DNA of 64,000 nucleotides, from the NCBI GenBank assembly GCA_963709345.1, contig CAVPVX010000004.1, positions 160,001 through 224,000 of the forward strand. Reading direction: 5' to 3'. Positions 49,724 to 59,766 of the stretch are shown here, one piece after another. Positions within the stretch are counted from its first letter, which is position 1. Each line of letters starts with the position of its first letter. Below the pieces are notes generated by a model. That model saw nothing but the letters and a program-made list of their open reading frames with translations. It was not told where the DNA came from and ran no database searches. Both the position numbers and the translations under genes were made by a program. The DNA comes from an uncultured Actinomycetes bacterium. GTDB lineage: Bacteria; Actinomycetota; Thermoleophilia; UBA2241.

Positions 49724-51043
49724 TCAGATCGAGTCGGCCGGCGAGTCGAGGGGAAGGCGGATGGAGAATGTCGCTCCGCCGTTCGCGCGGCTGCTTGCTT
49801 CGACGTGCCCACCCATGGTCTCCACCAACTCCCGCACGAGCGCGAGGCCGAGGCCCGTGCCGACCGGCCGCGTCGCCTTGTAGCGATCGTACAGACGGAA
49901 GCGGTCGAAGGCGTGCTCGAGGTCGTCGGCGTCGAGCCCGGGCCCCGAGTCGACGACGCTGATCGAGCCCGGCTGCACGGCGACGTGTACGGCGCCGCCG
50001 GCCGGACTCAGGCGGAGCGCGTTCTCGACCAGGTTCGTCACGCACTGGACGATCCGGTCCGGGTCGCCCCGGGCCGGCGACTCCGGCGATGCGACCAGTT
50101 CGACCCGCGTCTCCAGCCTGTCCGCCGCGGCCTCGCAGCGCCTGACGGCTTCCGCCGACAGCTCGGCGAGGTCGACGGGCTCCGAGCGCACGGTGAAGCG
50201 CTCCTGGCCGAGCCGCGCCAGGTCCAGCAGGTCTTCGACGAGACGTTCGAGGCGAGCGCTCTCGGTCAGGATGAACTCGCTCGCCATCTCGGGCGCGACT
50301 ACGCCTTCCGTCTGGCCGAGGGCGAATCCGCGGATCGCCGCGAGCGGCGTCCTGAGTTCGTGGGTCACCGACAGGAGAAAGGCCCTTTCCGCCAGGCGTA
50401 CCCGCTCCAGCTCACGTGACATGTGGTTGAAGCTCTCGGTGAGCGAGCGCAACTCGCGCGGGCCACCGACCTCGATCGGGAGCGGTGTCGATCCCTCGGC
50501 GACCTGCCGGCTCGCTCCGGCGACGCGGGAGACAGGTCGGGTGACGGCGCGCGCGACGATGAGGGATGCGGCCGCCGCGCAGCCGACGGCCAGCAACGCG
50601 CCGAGCAGAAGACGCCCGGTCCACTGCCGCCAGTCGACGATGGGCGTCGTGTAGGGACGCTCGAGGACGAAGACCTCCGAGCCCCGGCGGACCGCCGCGA
50701 ACATCTCGCGGCCGCGCCGGTCTTGTCTGCCGGCGACGGCTCCGGCGGCCTCCAGCTCGGCTACGGCCTCCGGCGGCAGATGGGCGGCAGCGGAGTCGGC
50801 CGGGAAGATCGAGAGGGCGCGATCGACGCCGGCCACAGCGTCCTGGATGGCCACCCGCTGCTCGCGCGGCTGCTTCTCGATGATGGCCGAGAGCAGGTTG
50901 GTGTGGCGCGCGAGTGCGGCGAGATCGGCGTGCTCTATGCTCGCCTGGAGGACCACGGCCCCCAGGATCAGGAAGGCGACGAGCGGGACGGCCGTGGCGA
51001 GAAACACGGCCAGCCACATCCGGGTCCACAGTCGGTCCAGCAT
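49724..51043 (-). CDS. HAMP-domain sensor histidine kinase
   Basis: THELRTPL, NLVENA, DSGPG, GTGLGL. Confidence 0.93.
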   Translation of the reverse strand: MLDRLWTRMWLAVFLATAVPLVAFLILGAVVLQASIEHADLAALARHTNLLSAIIEKQPREQRVAIQDAVAGVDRALSIFPADSAAAHLPPEAVAELEAAGAVAGRQDRRGREMFAAVRRGSEVFVLERPYTTPIVDWRQWTGRLLLGALLAVGCAAAASLIVARAVTRPVSRVAGASRQVAEGSTPLPIEVGGPRELRSLTESFNHMSRELERVRLAERAFLLSVTHELRTPLAAIRGFALGQTEGVVAPEMASEFILTESARLERLVEDLLDLARLGQERFTVRSEPVDLAELSAEAVRRCEAAADRLETRVELVASPESPARGDPDRIVQCVTNLVENALRLSPAGGAVHVAVQPGSISVVDSGPGLDADDLEHAFDRFRLYDRYKATRPVGTGLGLALVRELVETMGGHVEASSRANGGATFSIRLPLDSPADSI

Positions 51044-51082
51044 GCTCGCTCCCCTCCGGCCGGCGCCGTCGCCGGCGACCGG

Positions 51083-51751
51083 CTAGCCGCGGATCGCCTT
51101 GTAGCCGACTCCGTAGACGGTCTGAATGAGATCGGGACGCTCAAGCTTGCGGCGGACCTGAGCGATGTGCACGTCCACCGTCCTGGTGCCGCCCGGGTAG
51201 TCGATGCCCCAGAGGCGATCGAGGAGCTGCTCGCGCGTGAACACCACGCCGCGATGCGCCACCAGGTGCGTGAGGAGATCGAACTCCTTGGCTGTGAGGT
51301 CCACGCAGGAGCCGTCGACGGTCACCTCACGCGCCTCGCAGTCCACCACGACGCCGGAGAGCGACAGCATCGACCTGCCGGCCGTCGGCCCGCTGCGGCG
51401 CAGGACGACTTTGACGCGAGCCATGAGCTCGCGCGGTGAGAACGGCTTCGTGACGTAGTCGTCGGCTCCGAGTTCCAGGCCGGCGACGCGGTCGGCCTCA
51501 TCGGTCCGGGCCGTCAGGATGATGATGGGGACGGTCGTTCGCGCCTTGATCTCACGACATACATCGAAGCCGTCCATGTCGGGGAGGCCGATGTCGAGGA
51601 TGACGAGAGCCGTGGCGCGCCGCTCGAGCTCCGAGAGCCCCTCGGCGCCGCTCCGCGCCCAGACGACGGAGTACTCGTCGTGACGGAGGTACTCTTGCAC
51701 CAGCGTGCCCATGCTGGCTTCGTCTTCGATGAGGAGAACGGTCCCACGCAT
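51083..51751 (-). CDS. OmpR-family response regulator
   Basis: IEDE, LDIGLP, GADDYVTKPF, RTVDVHI, TVYGVGYK. Confidence 0.94.
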   Translation of the reverse strand: MRGTVLLIEDEASMGTLVQEYLRHDEYSVVWARSGAEGLSELERRATALVILDIGLPDMDGFDVCREIKARTTVPIIILTARTDEADRVAGLELGADDYVTKPFSPRELMARVKVVLRRSGPTAGRSMLSLSGVVVDCEAREVTVDGSCVDLTAKEFDLLTHLVAHRGVVFTREQLLDRLWGIDYPGGTRTVDVHIAQVRRKLERPDLIQTVYGVGYKAIRG

Positions 51752-51970
51752 GCCCCTATGATACCCGCCCGTCATCGAGCGGTCCCGGGGCCGTGGCCGA
51801 CGCGGGATGCGTCGTCCGCCGGACGCGCCGGACGGCCGCACAGGTAACCTGCCTGCATCCAAGGTCCTGCACCGGGACGCCGTCCGGCCCTCGGTGGTTC
51901 GAGGTGCCGGACGGCGTAAGAGGGCGTGGCCCGCAGGGCTGCGCCGGCGTGGCGCGCCGGCCTCTCGGCG

Positions 51971-52567
51971 TCAGGCGCGGCTCACCAGGTCGTCGCGGCC
52001 GTCGGCGACGAAGTACGCGGCCGTGACCGTGGCGATCGTGAACGGCACCGCGAGGATCGCCAGCGGGCCGTCGGCGACGGCGTTCAGAGCCAGCAGCATG
52101 ACGGTGAGCGCCAGGTGCTCCCAGAAGCCGTTGTCGCGGACCAGGTGGTAGCTTGCCGCCATCGCGTCGTAGACGCCCAGGCGCCGATCGACCATGAGCG
52201 GGATCACGTACAGCCAGATCGTCACGAGCAGCACGCCTCCGACGATGGTGAGTGAGGCCAGGCCGATCAGCACGACGAGCACAAGCGCCGCTACCAGGAA
52301 GTCCCAGAAGCGGTCCATGCAGGAGAAGACGTCTCCGATCTCGGCGGTGCGACCGTCGCGGATCCGCCCGGCGACCATGCTGTAGAGGCCGGCCAGCAGC
52401 GGGCCCGCGAGGATGCCCAGAGTGACGATGGAGAGCAGGCCGGCGATGAGACCGCCGACCAGCAGCGGGACGATGTCGGCGGTGAAGCAGTTCCAGCCGC
52501 CTTTGAAGGCGAGGCCGACATCCAGACGCGGGCGGGCGAGCGCCGGCGTTGCTTCGACTGTAGTCAT
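51971..52567 (-). CDS. Hypothetical membrane protein
   Basis: Several hydrophobic segments; GGAAAGGA RBS. Confidence 0.8.
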   Translation of the reverse strand: MTTVEATPALARPRLDVGLAFKGGWNCFTADIVPLLVGGLIAGLLSIVTLGILAGPLLAGLYSMVAGRIRDGRTAEIGDVFSCMDRFWDFLVAALVLVVLIGLASLTIVGGVLLVTIWLYVIPLMVDRRLGVYDAMAASYHLVRDNGFWEHLALTVMLLALNAVADGPLAILAVPFTIATVTAAYFVADGRDDLVSRA

Positions 52568-52739
52568 GGTGGGTTCCTTTCCCCGAGGTTGCGTTGTCCT
52601 GAGATGAGACTACGGACTCACGCGGCCGGCGTCGTCACCCCCGGGACTGAATCGGGGGTCAACCACAGGGGGAACCCCGCCCTCGCTGCGCACCCCTGCG
52701 GAGGGAGGGCGCCGGCGTTCGCGGGGCAGGGAAGCAAGA

Positions 52740-52776
52740 AAGGCGGCGGGCGGCCGGAAGGGCCGCCCGCCGCCTT
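52740..52776 (-). terminator. Intrinsic terminator (repeat-family hairpin)
   Basis: AAGGCGGCGGGCGGCC/GGCCGCCCGCCGCCTT stem with TTTCTT tail on the minus strand; near-identical core at 60402-60438. Confidence 0.7.
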
Positions 52777-52807
52777 GGACAAGTCACGAGGGGGCGCGTC
52801 GGCCGGT

Positions 52808-53567
52808 TCAGAACGCCATCGAGTAGGTGTGGGTCCAGATGCTGGGGCCCATGCCTCTGCCGATCGCCAGGGCGGCGAGGCGGATCTGCGCCCAGCCGTC
52901 GTAGATGCTGGTGCCGCGCCATGGGTTCCAGCTCGCCGACCACTCGCGGGTCATGAATTGGAAGAGGCCGTGGTACGGGCCGCTGACGACCCGGCGTTGC
53001 CCGGTCGACTCGAGCATCATGAGGCGGTAGAGGCCGGCCGCGCTGACGCCGTACTTGCGCGCGGCGATCTCGATCAGCGGCCGCCACTGGCCGCGGCTGT
53101 TCCACTTCTGAATCTGGACGCGCAGGCGGACGCGCTTCGCCAGTCGCTTCACCTTGTCGCTCCAGCGTTTGGTCATCGCGCGCAGCTTCACGACACGCGC
53201 CTGCAGTGCTGCGACTTCCTCGTCGCTGACGACGCCGTCGGCCAGCAGCGCGGCCGCGAGCGCCTGATCCATGCCGGGGGGGATCAGTCAGAGTCGGCGC
53301 GGCCGGGTCGAGCGGCGCGGCGTCCGGGTCCAGCGGGGTGGCGGTGATAGTGGAGGGGTCCGTCGCGGCGCGGAGCTCACGGGCTCCCGCCAGGTTCACG
53401 ACGGCGAGGCGCTGACGCTGACGGGCCCGCTGCCTCTTCTCCTTGGCTTGGCGCAGCTGCTGCTTGAGCTGCTTGATGGGCGGTTGCTCTGCGGAGGCCG
53501 GCGACGCGATGATCGCGGTGGCCAGGAGGGCGAGGACGATGAGGATCCCGAGGTGTCTGAGACGCAC
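52808..53567 (-). CDS. Secreted coiled-coil protein with lytic transglycosylase-like domain (frameshift at G7 run 53276-53282)
   Basis: Signal peptide; 'AARKYGVS...MMLES...YHGLFQF...W' lysozyme/SLT-like motifs. Confidence 0.75.
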
Positions 53568-53997
53568 GGTGACCTTTCCACGTGGTGTCCCGCTGGGGCA
53601 GTGGCCTTGCCTGTGCCCGGCGGGCGATCCGCGCCCGGGCGCGCGCCCGCCACACGGCATGTCCGTCAGATGGAAGAGGGGAGACGAATCTGCTGGGGGT
53701 GGGGCGCGCGGGGCGCCTCTTCTGCGTAGATTCGTGCTCCATTGAACCCTGTGGACGGCGCGTATGCAACCCGATGCGCCTGCATCGTGGCCGGGCCGGC
53801 GCTTGCGCCGGCGATGAGCACCCCGGAAACGTCGTCGACCACGCATCGTCCTCGCAGCGTCCGATCCTGCGCGCCGCCCTGTGGGTCGTGAGGTATGGTT
53901 CAATCAGATGATCGCCGCGGACGCCGGCGTGAGACCGCTCTCGTCACGCGATGCCGGCCGCGCCGGAGCCGGAAATCACGCGGACAGGGGGAGAATC

Positions 53998-55269
53998 GTG
54001 AACCCACATGGGCCACTCTGTGCGCGGCGCCTCGCCGTCGTGCTCATGCTGCTGCTGGTGGCCGTGGCGCTGGGCGTCTCGCTGCTGACCACGGGGAACG
54101 CGCACGCCGCCGACCTGACGTCCTGGTTCGCGATCCAGGACAGCCGCGTGTGGCTCCGCTCCTCACGGGTCATCGTGGGCGACCAGGGTTGGTCGCCGTA
54201 CTTCCGTCCCGGTATCGTCGTGTGGGACGGGGGGAGCATCGTCGGCGGTCACGGAGTGGATCCCGGCGACGACTACGCCGCACAGACCCTCGCACTCGTC
54301 CCACGGGTCTGCCGGAGCTACGCGTCTGTTACCGCCGGAGCCGACATCGCCGACATGGTCGTCGAGGCTCCAGCCGAGGTCGATGCGCGGTATCTCGCGG
54401 GTGCCGACGGCAACGTGTGCGTCGTGCACGCCGGCGGCAGCGACCTCAAGAGCGGACGCGACCCCGAGGTCATCTTCGATCAGATCCGCACCTACTGTGC
54501 CGACCGGCGCGACGCAGGGTTCGCCGTGGTCGTCGTCACGATCCTGCCACGGACCGACGCCCCCACCTTCGAGGCGGCCCGCGCGATCCTGAACGGCTTG
54601 TTGCGCGCGCACTGGCCGGAGTTCGCCGACGGACTTGCGGATGTCGCCGCCGACCCGCGCATCGGCGACATCTACGACAACCTCGACCAGCGGTACTACT
54701 GCGCCGACGGCAAACACCCCAACGCCTCCGGGTACGCGGTGATGGCATCGGTGACCGCCCCGGTCCTCATGGACCTCCCGTGGCTCTCGCAGGCCGTGGA
54801 CATGCGTCTGCGCAACGCCGGGGACGAGTGGGGGGAGTGGCGCGCCTATGCGGCGCTCACCACGTGGTGGCTCGCGCCGGGCGACGGCGCCAGGAGAGTG
54901 GAGGCGGAGTACCGGAGGGGAGTGGAGGATCCGGTGGCCGTTGGAGACGACGTCAACGTCGACACCGTGCGCCCGACGACGCGGGCGCTGCGCTCCGTCG
55001 CCGTGCGTCGCGGCGGCAAAGCCGTACTCGCATACCGCGTGCTCGACGCCGACCCGCACGGATCCTACGCCACGGTGGTGCTTCGGATCCTGCGCGGCGA
55101 CAAGGTCGTCACGTCGATGGTCCGGCACCGCCGGGCCATCGGACGCCGTCTCCAGGTGTCGTTCACGTGCACCCTGCCCGCGGGCTCGTATCGCTGGCAG
55201 GTCCTCGCCCGCGACACCGCGGGCAACCGCCAGAGCGTGGCGGGCAGCGCCCGGTTCGTCGTGCGCTGA
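53998..55269 (+). CDS. Secreted SGNH/GDSL hydrolase with Ig-like C-terminal domains
   Basis: Signal peptide; DGGSI, GGSD, DGKHPN (DxxH); beta-rich tail ending 'ARDTAGN'. Confidence 0.8.
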   Translation: MNPHGPLCARRLAVVLMLLLVAVALGVSLLTTGNAHAADLTSWFAIQDSRVWLRSSRVIVGDQGWSPYFRPGIVVWDGGSIVGGHGVDPGDDYAAQTLALVPRVCRSYASVTAGADIADMVVEAPAEVDARYLAGADGNVCVVHAGGSDLKSGRDPEVIFDQIRTYCADRRDAGFAVVVVTILPRTDAPTFEAARAILNGLLRAHWPEFADGLADVAADPRIGDIYDNLDQRYYCADGKHPNASGYAVMASVTAPVLMDLPWLSQAVDMRLRNAGDEWGEWRAYAALTTWWLAPGDGARRVEAEYRRGVEDPVAVGDDVNVDTVRPTTRALRSVAVRRGGKAVLAYRVLDADPHGSYATVVLRILRGDKVVTSMVRHRRAIGRRLQVSFTCTLPAGSYRWQVLARDTAGNRQSVAGSARFVVR

Positions 55270-55380
55270 CGGCGCGGGTCCACCCGACGTCGCCGAGCCA
55301 GTGTGGCCCGCAACACTGGAGCTTTTCATGTCGGAGTCGAGAGGCGTCCTGTGGGACGGTGAGAGCCAACCGTCCCGTCC

Positions 55381-55806
55381 GTGGCTGCGGGCTTCGCGGT
55401 GCTCAGCGGCCGCGAGTGGGCAAGGTGGACAGGATTCGGGATCGCCGCACTGAGCGTGATCGGCCAGATGCCGTTCGCCCAGGCGTACCCGCTCTGGACA
55501 CTGCTCATCATCGCCGTCGACTTCATGGTCGTCTACGGTCTCACCGTCTCCGGCGGCAGGGCTGCAGGGTCGGCGACCTCGACCCGGGAGGAGTGGGAGC
55601 GCCACCTTCGTGACGTCTCGTCGCGGGAGGAGCGCGCGGCCTGGCGTCTCGTCCACATCGGGACGCTCGAGAAGAACCTTGGTGTGCCCGTGCCCACCCT
55701 CGCCGGTCACCAGGTGGACCCTGCCGCCATCGACGACGCCCAGATCGCGAGGATCAAGGAGCTTGAGAGCAGGCTCGTCGTCTCGCTGGTCGCCGTCAAG
55801 GGGTAG
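55381..55806 (+). pseudogene. Chimeric remnant: membrane-protein C-terminus joined to a truncated copy of the small MLC protein
   Basis: 'WARWTG...AYPLW..LIIAVD' membrane segment, then 55650-55806 aligns to 56860-57013 but lacks both Cys. Confidence 0.6.
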
Positions 55807-55991
55807 GAGCTCCCAGCCCTGCGCGTGCTCCCCGAACGCGTCGAGGACGATGTCGAGCGCCGTGCGAACTACCCCGGGCCGTCGCCGACGTCCTGACGCC
55901 GTCCGTCACCCGGGGTAGCAGGCTGGCCGGCGCACCCGCGTGAGCGTCCGGGGTCACCCCCGTCGTCGTCGAGGGCGCGACGACCCTCTGA

Positions 55992-56640
55992 TCAGCTCGC
56001 CGCGCCGTCCTTGTCGTCGCTCGACGGGAACAGCTTGTCCTGATAGTAGCCGTCGGCCAGGTAGATCGCGGCCAGCGGGTTGTGGCCGAGGACCCTGTCC
56101 TTCGCGGCCAGAACCGTCACCGGGGCGCTTGAATGCTTGAAGAAGAGGCTGTCGTGCCCGACGCACAGCCCGAGCACGATGTTGAGCTGCGTTCCGGCGC
56201 GGGCAAGCGCGTGCGCTTGGCCGACGGGGTTGCACATGGCCTCGAACGATCCCGGCAGGAGTTTTTCGTCGTCGCCCAGCCCTATGAGGCTCTTGTCGAC
56301 GGCGCCGTTCTTGCAGAGCACCGAGTCGACGCTGAAGCCGTTGGCGACGAGCACCCGGCGAAGCACGGCCGCCTCGCTCTGGAGCCCGATGCAGAACGCC
56401 AGCCCAAGACTCTCGAAACCGCAGCGACGGGCGAAGGCCATGGTCTCCTCCACGCGCGTGAGGCGGCAGTAGCCCTCGGCCTCCACCCGAGCTGAGTTGC
56501 GGGCCAGCACGAGATCGTCCACGCTGTAGGCGTCGAGCGCCGGCGCCGGCGTCCGCGTCTGACGTTGGGCAGTGCGACGGGTACGTCGTCGCACCTTCTT
56601 CGTGGCAGGCGAGTCGCTTGCAGGCGGCACACTCGTACAT
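55992..56640 (-). CDS. DUF1847 domain Cys-rich protein (frameshift near 56545)
   Basis: CAAC..AC...CP N-terminus; TRVEE, AFCIGL, CK, MCNPVGQA, GLCVGHDSLF, KDRVLGHNP. Confidence 0.85.
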
Positions 56641-56815
56641 CGCGCTCCTCCCTTGCCGGGCGGCCCGGCTCTTCTACGGCGCGAGACTCCACGCTCCCTT
56701 CCCGATCGTGACTCTAGCACCCCGTGAAGTCGCGTGGCCTGGTCAACGCTTGGGCACGTACTCGCGCGGGAAGGCACCCTTCGACCTGCGATCTCGCGCG
56801 AAGGGAGCTCTTCTC

Positions 56816-57013
56816 ATGCTGTGCAGTCTCGCAACGAAACTGGATCAAGGACAACTGGACGACATCGGGGCGCTCGAGGCCGAACTCGGTGTGCCCGTCC
56901 TCGCGTTCGCCTGCCACGAGATGGAGCCCGCCGCGATCGATGAGGCGCAGGTCGCCAGGATCGCGGAGCTCGAGAGCCGCCTCGGGGTCTCGCTGGTCGC
57001 CGTCCGGGGATAA
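56816..57013 (+). CDS. Small two-repeat protein (MLC...AFAC family), 65 aa
   Basis: AAGGGAG RBS; internal repeat; paralogue of 41645-41905. Confidence 0.8.
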   Translation: MLCSLATKLDQGQLDDIGALEAELGVPVLAFACHEMEPAAIDEAQVARIAELESRLGVSLVAVRG

Positions 57014-57095
57014 GTCTCCCGGGCAGCCTCTGTCCATCCCGGTCACCGCCCTCATCACCGGCAGGCGCCCGCGCGCGGGCGCTCCGGCGTCTAGT

Positions 57096-58577
57096 CTAGT
57101 CCTCGAAGGCGCCGTCGTGCATGCCCGCGTAGGGCCTGCCCCAGCCGAAGTCGTCCCATTCGGTCGCGGTATAGGTCATGCTCGCCGTGAGCGGCTCGCC
57201 GAGGGACTCGAGATGCGCCTTGCTCGGGTGCATGACAAACGGCTCGGCCTTGTGGCGGCTGCTCGCCGTGTCCCACTGGGCCTCGGGGATCTCGTCGCAC
57301 TTGCGCAGCAGGAGGTCCCACTCGAAGTCGACCCACTCCTGCAGTTGCTCCAGGAGCTGCTCGTTGCCGGGCAGTGCCATGTGCGTGAAGCGGCCTTGGC
57401 GCTCGAGCCAGGCGCCGAGCGGCTGCTTGTGCCGCGGCCGGTAGGTCAGACGGTACTTGCCGTCGGCGACCTCGAAGAGCGGCCAGTAGCAGCAATCGGT
57501 CGCGAGACGCGACAGCTCGATGCCCTCGTCGTTCTCGGTGCGCCAGCCGCGGGGACAGGGCGAGAGGACGTTGAGGAAGGTGGGCCCCTCGATCGCCAGC
57601 GCCTTCGACGCCTTGTGCATGAGGTCCTGCGGGTCGTGCGGCGAGGACTGAGCCACGTAGGGTAGTCGGTGCGCCACCATGATCTCGGTGAGGTTCTTGC
57701 TGTGACCCACCTTGCCCTGCTGGTCGGAGCCCACGGGGCTCGTCGTCGTCCAGGCGCCGTGTGGGGTGGCGCTGGAGCGCTGGAAACCCGTGTTCATATA
57801 GGCGCCGTTGTCGTAACAGACGTAGAGCATGTCGTGACCGCGGTCCATCGCGCCCGAGAGCGACTGCAGGCCGATGTCGTAGGTGCCGCCGTCGCCGCCG
57901 AAGGCGATGAACTTCACCCGGTCCTCAAGCTTGCCGCGCTTGCGCAACGCGCGGAAGGCCGTCTCGACGCCGGAGAGCGTGGCGGCCGCGTTCTCGAAGT
58001 TGGTGTGGATGTAGCTGCCCTTCCAGGCGGTGTAGGGGTAGCGCGTCGTCGAGACCTCGAGGCAGCCGGTGGCGCCGGAGACGACGTGGTGGCTGTCGAC
58101 CTGTGAGAGGACCTGGTTCACGACGATGGAGGCGCCACAGCCGCTGCAGAGGCCGTGGCCGCTCGAAAGGCGCGGCGGCTTCTTGGCCAGCTCATGCACG
58201 CTGCGCCGATGCTCGTAGTACAGCTCGGTAGGCACGAGGGCGTCGAACTTGCATGCCTCGACGCAGTGCCCGCAGGTCATGCAGCGGCGCTCGTCGAGGG
58301 TGATCGTGCCGGCGAAATGGCGGTCCTTTCCCCTGCCGTGTGTGCGCGAGGGGTCGCGGCGCACGTCGATGCACTCCACCGGGCACACCTTCTTGCAGGC
58401 GCCGCAGAAGGTGCAGGTGTGGCCGCCGCCGGGCTTGGGCGCGAGGTCGAAGAGGCCCGTCCCGTGGAGCTTGTGGACGAGGTCGCGTACGGCGTAGCTG
58501 TTCTCGGGGATGGGGTGGCCGTACGTGAGGGCTTGCGTGTCGGCGGCATCAGTGGGGGTCTTTGGCCTCGCGCTCAT
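57096..58577 (-). CDS. porB: 2-oxoacid:ferredoxin oxidoreductase beta subunit fused to an N-terminal 2x[4Fe-4S] domain
   Basis: CTFCGACKKVCP and CMTCGHCVEAC, then GHGLCSGCG, TGCLEV, GGDGGTYDIG, YDNGAYMNTG, PCPRGW. Confidence 0.88.
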   Translation of the reverse strand: MSARPKTPTDAADTQALTYGHPIPENSYAVRDLVHKLHGTGLFDLAPKPGGGHTCTFCGACKKVCPVECIDVRRDPSRTHGRGKDRHFAGTITLDERRCMTCGHCVEACKFDALVPTELYYEHRRSVHELAKKPPRLSSGHGLCSGCGASIVVNQVLSQVDSHHVVSGATGCLEVSTTRYPYTAWKGSYIHTNFENAAATLSGVETAFRALRKRGKLEDRVKFIAFGGDGGTYDIGLQSLSGAMDRGHDMLYVCYDNGAYMNTGFQRSSATPHGAWTTTSPVGSDQQGKVGHSKNLTEIMVAHRLPYVAQSSPHDPQDLMHKASKALAIEGPTFLNVLSPCPRGWRTENDEGIELSRLATDCCYWPLFEVADGKYRLTYRPRHKQPLGAWLERQGRFTHMALPGNEQLLEQLQEWVDFEWDLLLRKCDEIPEAQWDTASSRHKAEPFVMHPSKAHLESLGEPLTASMTYTATEWDDFGWGRPYAGMHDGAFED

Positions 58578-58600
58578 GTCGTCCTCGCCTTGATCGGTGA

Positions 58601-58621
58601 TGCGGACAAAGTTTGTCCGCA
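58601..58621. promoter_or_regulatory. Perfect palindrome, putative operator
   Basis: TGCGGACAAA-G-TTTGTCCGCA, 24 nt upstream of the porB ATG. Confidence 0.7.
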
Positions 58622-58754
58622 ATTGGGGGGAAGTTGAAAAGCTACCAAAAGTGCGACGCCCCTACAAGCGTGGCAGGCGTTCGCCGGGCATGCGGCTCAC
58701 GGGCGCGTGGGCGACGGTGGCGCCACGGCCGCGGTCTTCGGCTAGACTCGTAGG

Positions 58755-59696
58755 GTGACCGACGAGCACGAAAGCCGGCCGCCGGCCGCAGGCGAGCGGC
58801 CGGCCGCCCCCGGAGAGATGCTCTCCGCGCGCCGCTCCGCCGCGGGGGCGGCGGCGCTGGTCGTCGTCCTCGCCGTCTCCATCCAGACGGGCTCGGCTCT
58901 TGCCGTGCGCGTCATCGAGTCGGTCGGGGTCATCGAGGCGCTTTGGTTTCGCACCGCCTTCGCGGCGCTGATCCTGGTCGCCGTCAGGCCGCGCGCTTTG
59001 CGTCTGCCGGCCCGCGGTCACCGCCTTCCCGTGGCGGCGCTGTCGGTCACGATGCTGCTCATGAACCTGAGCTTCTACGGCGCCATCAGCCGGGCGCCCG
59101 TCGGCATCGTCGTGGCGATCGAGTTCGTCGGTCCGCTGGCGGTCGCGGTTCTCGGCAAGCGCCGTCGCCTCGACTGGCTGTGGATCGTCCTGGCCGGCGT
59201 GGGCGTCGTCGTCCTGGCCGGCCCTGCCGGGGGAGCGAGCGGGTGGGGCGTCGTCCTGGCTCTCGGCGCCGGCACGTTCTGGGGCATCTACCTTCTGCTC
59301 GCCAAGCGATCCGTCACGGGTCTCGACCCTTTCTCCGTGGCGACGCTGATGATGGTGGGTGCGGCGATTCTGATCACGCCCGCGTTTCTCGTCACCGGCG
59401 TGCGCATCGCCGGCCACTGGGAGGCGATCGCTCTCGGCATCGTGATCGCCGTCGTTTCGTCGGCGTTCCCGTACTTCCTCGAGCTGGTGGCGATCCGCCG
59501 CGTGCGTGCCGCCACCTACGGCGTTCTGCTGAGCATCGAACCGGCTGTGGCGGCGCTGGCCGCGCTCATCGTGCTCGGCCAGCGGATCTCGGCGCTGGAG
59601 GCGGCGGCCATGGCTGCCGTCATGGCCGCCGCCGCCGGCGCCAGCTGGACGAGCGGCGGCGCCGCCGAGGCAGGGGTCGACCTGCCGGCGCCCTGA
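58755..59696 (+). CDS. EamA/RhtA-like transporter
   Basis: SIQTGSALA, AIEFVGPL, SSAFPY.LE, LLSIEPA. Confidence 0.9.
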   Translation: MTDEHESRPPAAGERPAAPGEMLSARRSAAGAAALVVVLAVSIQTGSALAVRVIESVGVIEALWFRTAFAALILVAVRPRALRLPARGHRLPVAALSVTMLLMNLSFYGAISRAPVGIVVAIEFVGPLAVAVLGKRRRLDWLWIVLAGVGVVVLAGPAGGASGWGVVLALGAGTFWGIYLLLAKRSVTGLDPFSVATLMMVGAAILITPAFLVTGVRIAGHWEAIALGIVIAVVSSAFPYFLELVAIRRVRAATYGVLLSIEPAVAALAALIVLGQRISALEAAAMAAVMAAAAGASWTSGGAAEAGVDLPAP

Positions 59697-59766
59697 ACGG
59701 GGCGTGCGCCCCGTCCCGCCGACTCGCGGTAGAATCGTCTCACCGTCATCACGAAAGGAGCCCCCA

